Source: an uncultured bacterium (GTDB lineage: Bacteria > Desulfobacterota > Binatia > HRBIN30 > CADEER01). Taken from it: a stretch of DNA of 64,000 nucleotides. Location: positions 3,396-67,395 of the forward strand of contig CBFGUK010000001.1 of NCBI GenBank assembly GCA_965651925.1, in the 5' to 3' direction. Positions 60,451 to 64,000 of this stretch are shown here, one piece after another (positions within the stretch are counted from its first letter, which is position 1; every line of letters starts with the position of its first letter). The translations under genes were made by a program, and so were the position numbers. Below the pieces are notes generated by a model. It saw only the letters and a list, made by a program, of their open reading frames with translations. It searched no databases and was not told the origin of the DNA.

Positions 60451-60706
60451 GGCGCGACGCGCCGGCGCCGGGGACTCACGTCCCGCCGCGCGAGACTGTC
60501 TTTCCACATCACCCCAGCACCACCCATGGTCGAGATTAGGCCGCACCGGATAGCGAGTCAACGCGCGCAGTGTGCCGCGCACTGCATGCACGGCATCGCT
60601 GGGTCGCAGCCTTGACGCTTCCCAAGAGCCGGTCTAGCGTCCGGCGCACTTTACAGCATTCCCGCGACCGCGCGCAGCGCGGCCGCCGCACCGAAACGAG
60701 GGCGCC

Positions 60707-61129
60707 GTGGTCAACAAGGCCATCATCATCGGCAATCTGGGACGCGATCCCGAAGTACGCTTCACCCCCAGCGGACGCGCGATGGCGAAGTTCTCCGTCG
60801 CCACCACCGAGCGGTGGACGGATCAGAACGGCCAGAAGCAGGAAAAGACCGAGTGGCACAATATCGTCGTCTGGGGGAAGCAGGCGGAGCACTGCGGTCA
60901 GTACCTCACCAAGGGTCGCCAGGTGTACGTCGAGGGCCGGATCACGAACCGCAGCTACGACGACAAGGACGGGAACAAGCGGTACATCACCGAGATCGTC
61001 GCGCGTGATGTGCGGTTCCTCGGCGGCGGTGGTCAGGGCGGCGGCATGCGCGACAGCGGCTTCACACCGCCGCCGGGCGAGGACGTCCCGTCGGGCCCCG
61101 ATCACGGCGACGACGACATCCCGTTCTGA
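60707..61129 (+). CDS. ssb: Single-stranded DNA-binding protein
   Basis: GTG start; [36 protein letters not shown]...[15 protein letters not shown]-fold; Gly-rich tail ending DDDIPF. Confidence 0.9.
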   Translation: MVNKAIIIGNLGRDPEVRFTPSGRAMAKFSVATTERWTDQNGQKQEKTEWHNIVVWGKQAEHCGQYLTKGRQVYVEGRITNRSYDDKDGNKRYITEIVARDVRFLGGGGQGGGMRDSGFTPPPGEDVPSGPDHGDDDIPF

Positions 61130-61992
61130 TCGGTCGGCGAGACGGACTCCGTGAGGAGACCGTCGGCGGGGCAGACGAGCACAGGCGTCGCGCGGCACTG
61201 ACGCGCCGCCTGCCGTGCCGCCTGTAACGCCGCGAGCCGGTCCGCGAGTATAGCGCGCGTCATCGCGCCTCCCTCCTCGCCACGCCGCAGCGGTGCACCG
61301 GCGACGCCGCGCGCCAGCACCACCGCGAGATTGCCGTAGACCAGGCGCCAGGCCGCCTCGCGCTGAATGATGTCGGGCTGCGCCGGCCACGCGCCGAGTG
61401 CGCGCTCGGCGTAGTGGAGCAGCCGGTCGATTTCGTCGTCCTGGAACTGCGTCGCGTCGGGGCCGGTTGGCGGCAACCCGCTCGGGTAGGCGGCGAGCAG
61501 CTCGACGGTGAGCTCGGCGGGCGGATCCTCGACCAGCATCGTGCCGGACGCGGTGTCGATGATGCGGCGCCAACCGAGTCGCACGGCGTGAGGTCCCGAG
61601 GTCCAGACGATCTCGGCGCGGTGCCCGCGCTGCACGGCGAGCACGGTCTGACCGAGCAGCGCGCGCCGTCCGTACGCGCACGACATGGTCGCCTCGCCGA
61701 CGCAGGTGCCGCGGCGGCGGGCATACGCTTCGACCTCGTGCACGAGCCAGGTCGCATCCTGCACCACCTCGAGATCGACGTAGGCGGCAAGGCCCGCAGC
61801 GGTGCCGGCGCGACGCCGTGGTTCCCGCCGATCGCCGGGCGCGTCCGCCCGACCGGGGGTGCCGATGATGAACGGGGCACGATCGCCGCGGGCCGCGTGT
61901 GCGAGGGGCCCCGCGTGCGCCGGCGCCGCGGCGCATACGAGCACGGGGAATCCGGTCAGAAGCACACCGAGCGTCCAGGAGCGTGATGCCAT
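61102..61992 (-). CDS. Hypothetical secreted protein (signal peptide)
   Basis: GGAGG RBS 5 nt before ATG; [27 protein letters not shown] signal; no recognised domain; 28-bp convergent overlap with ssb. Confidence 0.4.
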   Translation of the reverse strand: MASRSWTLGVLLTGFPVLVCAAAPAHAGPLAHAARGDRAPFIIGTPGRADAPGDRREPRRRAGTAAGLAAYVDLEVVQDATWLVHEVEAYARRRGTCVGEATMSCAYGRRALLGQTVLAVQRGHRAEIVWTSGPHAVRLGWRRIIDTASGTMLVEDPPAELTVELLAAYPSGLPPTGPDATQFQDDEIDRLLHYAERALGAWPAQPDIIQREAAWRLVYGNLAVVLARGVAGAPLRRGEEGGAMTRAILADRLAALQAARQAARQCRATPVLVCPADGLLTESVSPTDQNGMSSSP

Positions 61993-62193
61993 GTCGCCTC
62001 CGCTGGCGACGCGCACGGCGCCGGAGCATTCGCCGGGCGGGCGCGTCGCGCCTGCGCCTCATTCGCGCGCAGCGCCGGCGGAGCGGCAAGACCGCGAAAC
62101 ATCGACGCCTCGACCACATACGCCGGCAGTCAGCCGGCGTGAACGCGATGCCCTGTTGCCTTCAGCGCCCGCCTGTGGCGCTGTGCGGCGCGA

Positions 62194-62450
62194 TGGATGC
62201 GATCACCGCGCTCGGGCTGTCGGCAGCGACACTCACCACGTGTTCGTTCGTTCCGCAGCTCACGAAGGTGTGGCGGTCGAAGTCGGCCGACGATCTCTCC
62301 TACGGCATGTTCGGAGCGTTCAGCCTCGGCATTCTGCTCTGGTTCGCATACGGGCTGCTGCGCGCCGACCTGCCGGTGATCGTCGCCAACGGCGTTACGC
62401 TGGTGCTCAGCACGGCGATCCTGCTGCTGAAGTTCCGCTATCGCCGCTGA
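62194..62450 (+). CDS. SemiSWEET / PQ-loop (MtN3-saliva) small sugar transporter, 85 aa
   Basis: MDAITALGLSAATLTTCSFVPQLTKVWRSKSADDLSYGMFGAFSLGILLWFAYGLL, three TM helices with PQ motif. Confidence 0.7.
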
Positions 62451-62472
62451 GTGCGCGGCGCCGGCGGTCGCG

Positions 62473-63666
62473 TCAGGTGAGAATGGCGCGGACGCCGCGC
62501 CCGAAGACCGCCGTCCGCCAGGCGCGTTCGATCTCGCGCTGCGTGAGTCGCGCGATGATCCGCTCCGCCTCCTGCGGCGTGGGGAAGCTCCACAACGCGC
62601 TCTCGGCCAGGGCGACGGCGAGATCGAGGCGGCTGTCGGCGAGAATCGCGTAGCGATAGCGCAGCTTCTTGCGGGCGCGATCGAGCTCGTCGGCAGCGAA
62701 GCCCTCGCTGGCGGCACGGCGGCAGATCTCCTCGACGGCGCGCGCCAGGCGGGCGGCGCGACTGCGCGCGGCACTGGCGCCGATCACCGCGCAGGCCCAG
62801 TCCGGCCCCCATTCGAGATGCGCGCCGACCTCGTAGCTGAGCCCGAGGCGTTCCCGCAGCTCCTGGAAGAGACGGCTGTCGGGATCGGAGCCGACGATGT
62901 CGACGGCGACGCCGCTGGCGAGCAGTGTCCGCGGTTGCGACCGCACCGGCATGAGCAGCGTCAGATACGCCTGGCTGCTGTCGCGGTCGTGCACCCGGAC
63001 GCTGCCGCCGACCCCATGCCGAACCGGTGGTACCGGCGTCGGCGGTCCCGGTTGCCCATGACGGAAATGCCGCGACACGGCGGCGCGCACGCGGGGGAGC
63101 GTCGCACCGCCAACGATCGCCAGGACCGCATTGGCATGCGTCAGGCGGCGTCGCAGAAAGCGGGCGACATCCGCGGCGCGGATGCGCGACACGCTGGCGA
63201 TGGTGCCGGCGACCGGATGCGCGATGGCGCCGCCGAACATGCGCCCCCAGGCGCGCCGGTACACGCGGTCGGCGGGATCGTCGAGACGGCCCCGGATCTC
63301 TTCGATCACCACGCGCTGCTCCTTGCGCAGGCGGCGCGGCTCGACGGCGGTGCGGTAGAACTGCTCGGCGAGCAGCGCGAGCGCTTCGTCGAGATCCTCG
63401 TTGAACACCTCGAAGGTGAGCGAGATGTCCTCGTAGCCCGTGTCCGCGTTGTGCTCACCGCCGAGCTCGGCGGCGCGGCGGTTGAGCGCCACCTGGTCGT
63501 ACGTCGTCGTGCCCTGAAACAGCATGTGCTCGGCCAGGTGTGCGAGCCCGGCATGACGACCGTCGCAGCGGGCGCCGGCGCGGATGGTGAGGGCGATGGC
63601 GGTCAGCCGGCCAGCCTGATGCTGGTGGACGACGCGCAGCCCCCGCGTGCGGAAACGCGTGATCAT
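62473..63666 (-). CDS. M16-family (insulinase/pitrilysin-like) zinc peptidase
   Basis: Inverted zinc motif HLAEHMLFQGT (HxxEH) near N-terminus, downstream Glu (EIRGRLDDP region); 397 aa. Confidence 0.8.
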   Translation of the reverse strand: MITRFRTRGLRVVHQHQAGRLTAIALTIRAGARCDGRHAGLAHLAEHMLFQGTTTYDQVALNRRAAELGGEHNADTGYEDISLTFEVFNEDLDEALALLAEQFYRTAVEPRRLRKEQRVVIEEIRGRLDDPADRVYRRAWGRMFGGAIAHPVAGTIASVSRIRAADVARFLRRRLTHANAVLAIVGGATLPRVRAAVSRHFRHGQPGPPTPVPPVRHGVGGSVRVHDRDSSQAYLTLLMPVRSQPRTLLASGVAVDIVGSDPDSRLFQELRERLGLSYEVGAHLEWGPDWACAVIGASAARSRAARLARAVEEICRRAASEGFAADELDRARKKLRYRYAILADSRLDLAVALAESALWSFPTPQEAERIIARLTQREIERAWRTAVFGRGVRAILT

Positions 63667-63674
63667 GCCGAGGA

Positions 63675-64000
63675 TCAGCGCGCCGGTCCGGCGACGAAGG
63701 CCATCGCGCGCTCGACGTCGGACGACGGCACCAGACCGCTCGCGCCCAGCTGCGCGAGCAGCGCCCGCACGTGCAGCACGCTGTGCAGCCGCAGGCCGGC
63801 GGCGGCGAGCGCGGCGGCGGCATCCTCGCTGCGATCGACGATGACCAGCACGTCCTCGACGATCAGCCCCGCATCGCGGAACGGCTCCGCCGCTTCGAGC
63901 TTCGCCCCGCCACTGGTCACGACGTCGTCGATCATCAGCACGCGTTCGCCGGGCGCGAACATCCCCTCGATGCGCTGCGCCGTGCCGTAGGTCTTGGCTT
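63675..64000 (-). CDS. pyrE: Orotate phosphoribosyltransferase, C-terminal part (N-terminus beyond window end)
   Basis: ...AKTYGTAQRIEGMFAPGERVLMIDDVVTSGGAKLEA (PRPP-binding loop) ... ORF runs off the window. Confidence 0.8.
   Translation of the reverse strand, partial: AKTYGTAQRIEGMFAPGERVLMIDDVVTSGGAKLEAAEPFRDAGLIVEDVLVIVDRSEDAAAALAAAGLRLHSVLHVRALLAQLGASGLVPSSDVERAMAFVAGPAR

Overview
High-GC (~70%) bacterial chromosomal window from an apparently Gram-negative (diderm) organism: it encodes LolA, LspA, an outer-membrane beta-barrel protein and GlnB-GlnA. Taxon cannot be fixed from sequence alone (Deltaproteobacteria/Myxococcota/Binatota-like is only a guess). About 60 protein genes were called, mostly housekeeping: ileS-lspA, glnB-glnA, ddl, the priA-def-fmt-rsmB-rpe cluster, purA-serA-serC, folE, thrB, queE, dksA, yajQ-lolA-ftsK-rnj, ssb and pyrE. 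One tRNA-Pro(CGG) is present; no rRNA, CRISPR or obvious IS/transposase was found. Stand-out content: (1) a previously unrecognised family of intergenic elements made of tandem heptanucleotide arrays (core GGTCA/GTCAG, period 7) flanking, often in inverted orientation, a conserved ~90-nt hairpin (GACACCGAGTCGA...TCGACTCGGTGTCCTCC), found at 5-6 loci packed tightly against stop or start codons; (2) three paralogous secreted modular proteins with Thr/Pro-rich linkers that combine cohesin-like and dockerin-like modules, two with metzincin (HExxHxxGxxH plus Met-turn) protease domains; (3) an operon of a zinc-ribbon/TPR membrane protein, a CbbQ/NorQ-type AAA+ ATPase and an unusually large (1073 aa) CbbO/NorD-like vWA protein with no Rubisco or NOR nearby, apparently co-transcribed with priA-def-fmt-rsmB-rpe; (4) a UmuD-like S24 peptidase with no DNA-binding domain and a C-terminal extension; (5) two LLM-family oxidoreductases, one translationally coupled to a large polytopic (possibly GT-C) membrane protein near the TP-linker protein. 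Many long antisense ORFs (for example a 1343-aa ORF at 39967..43998) are high-GC artefacts.
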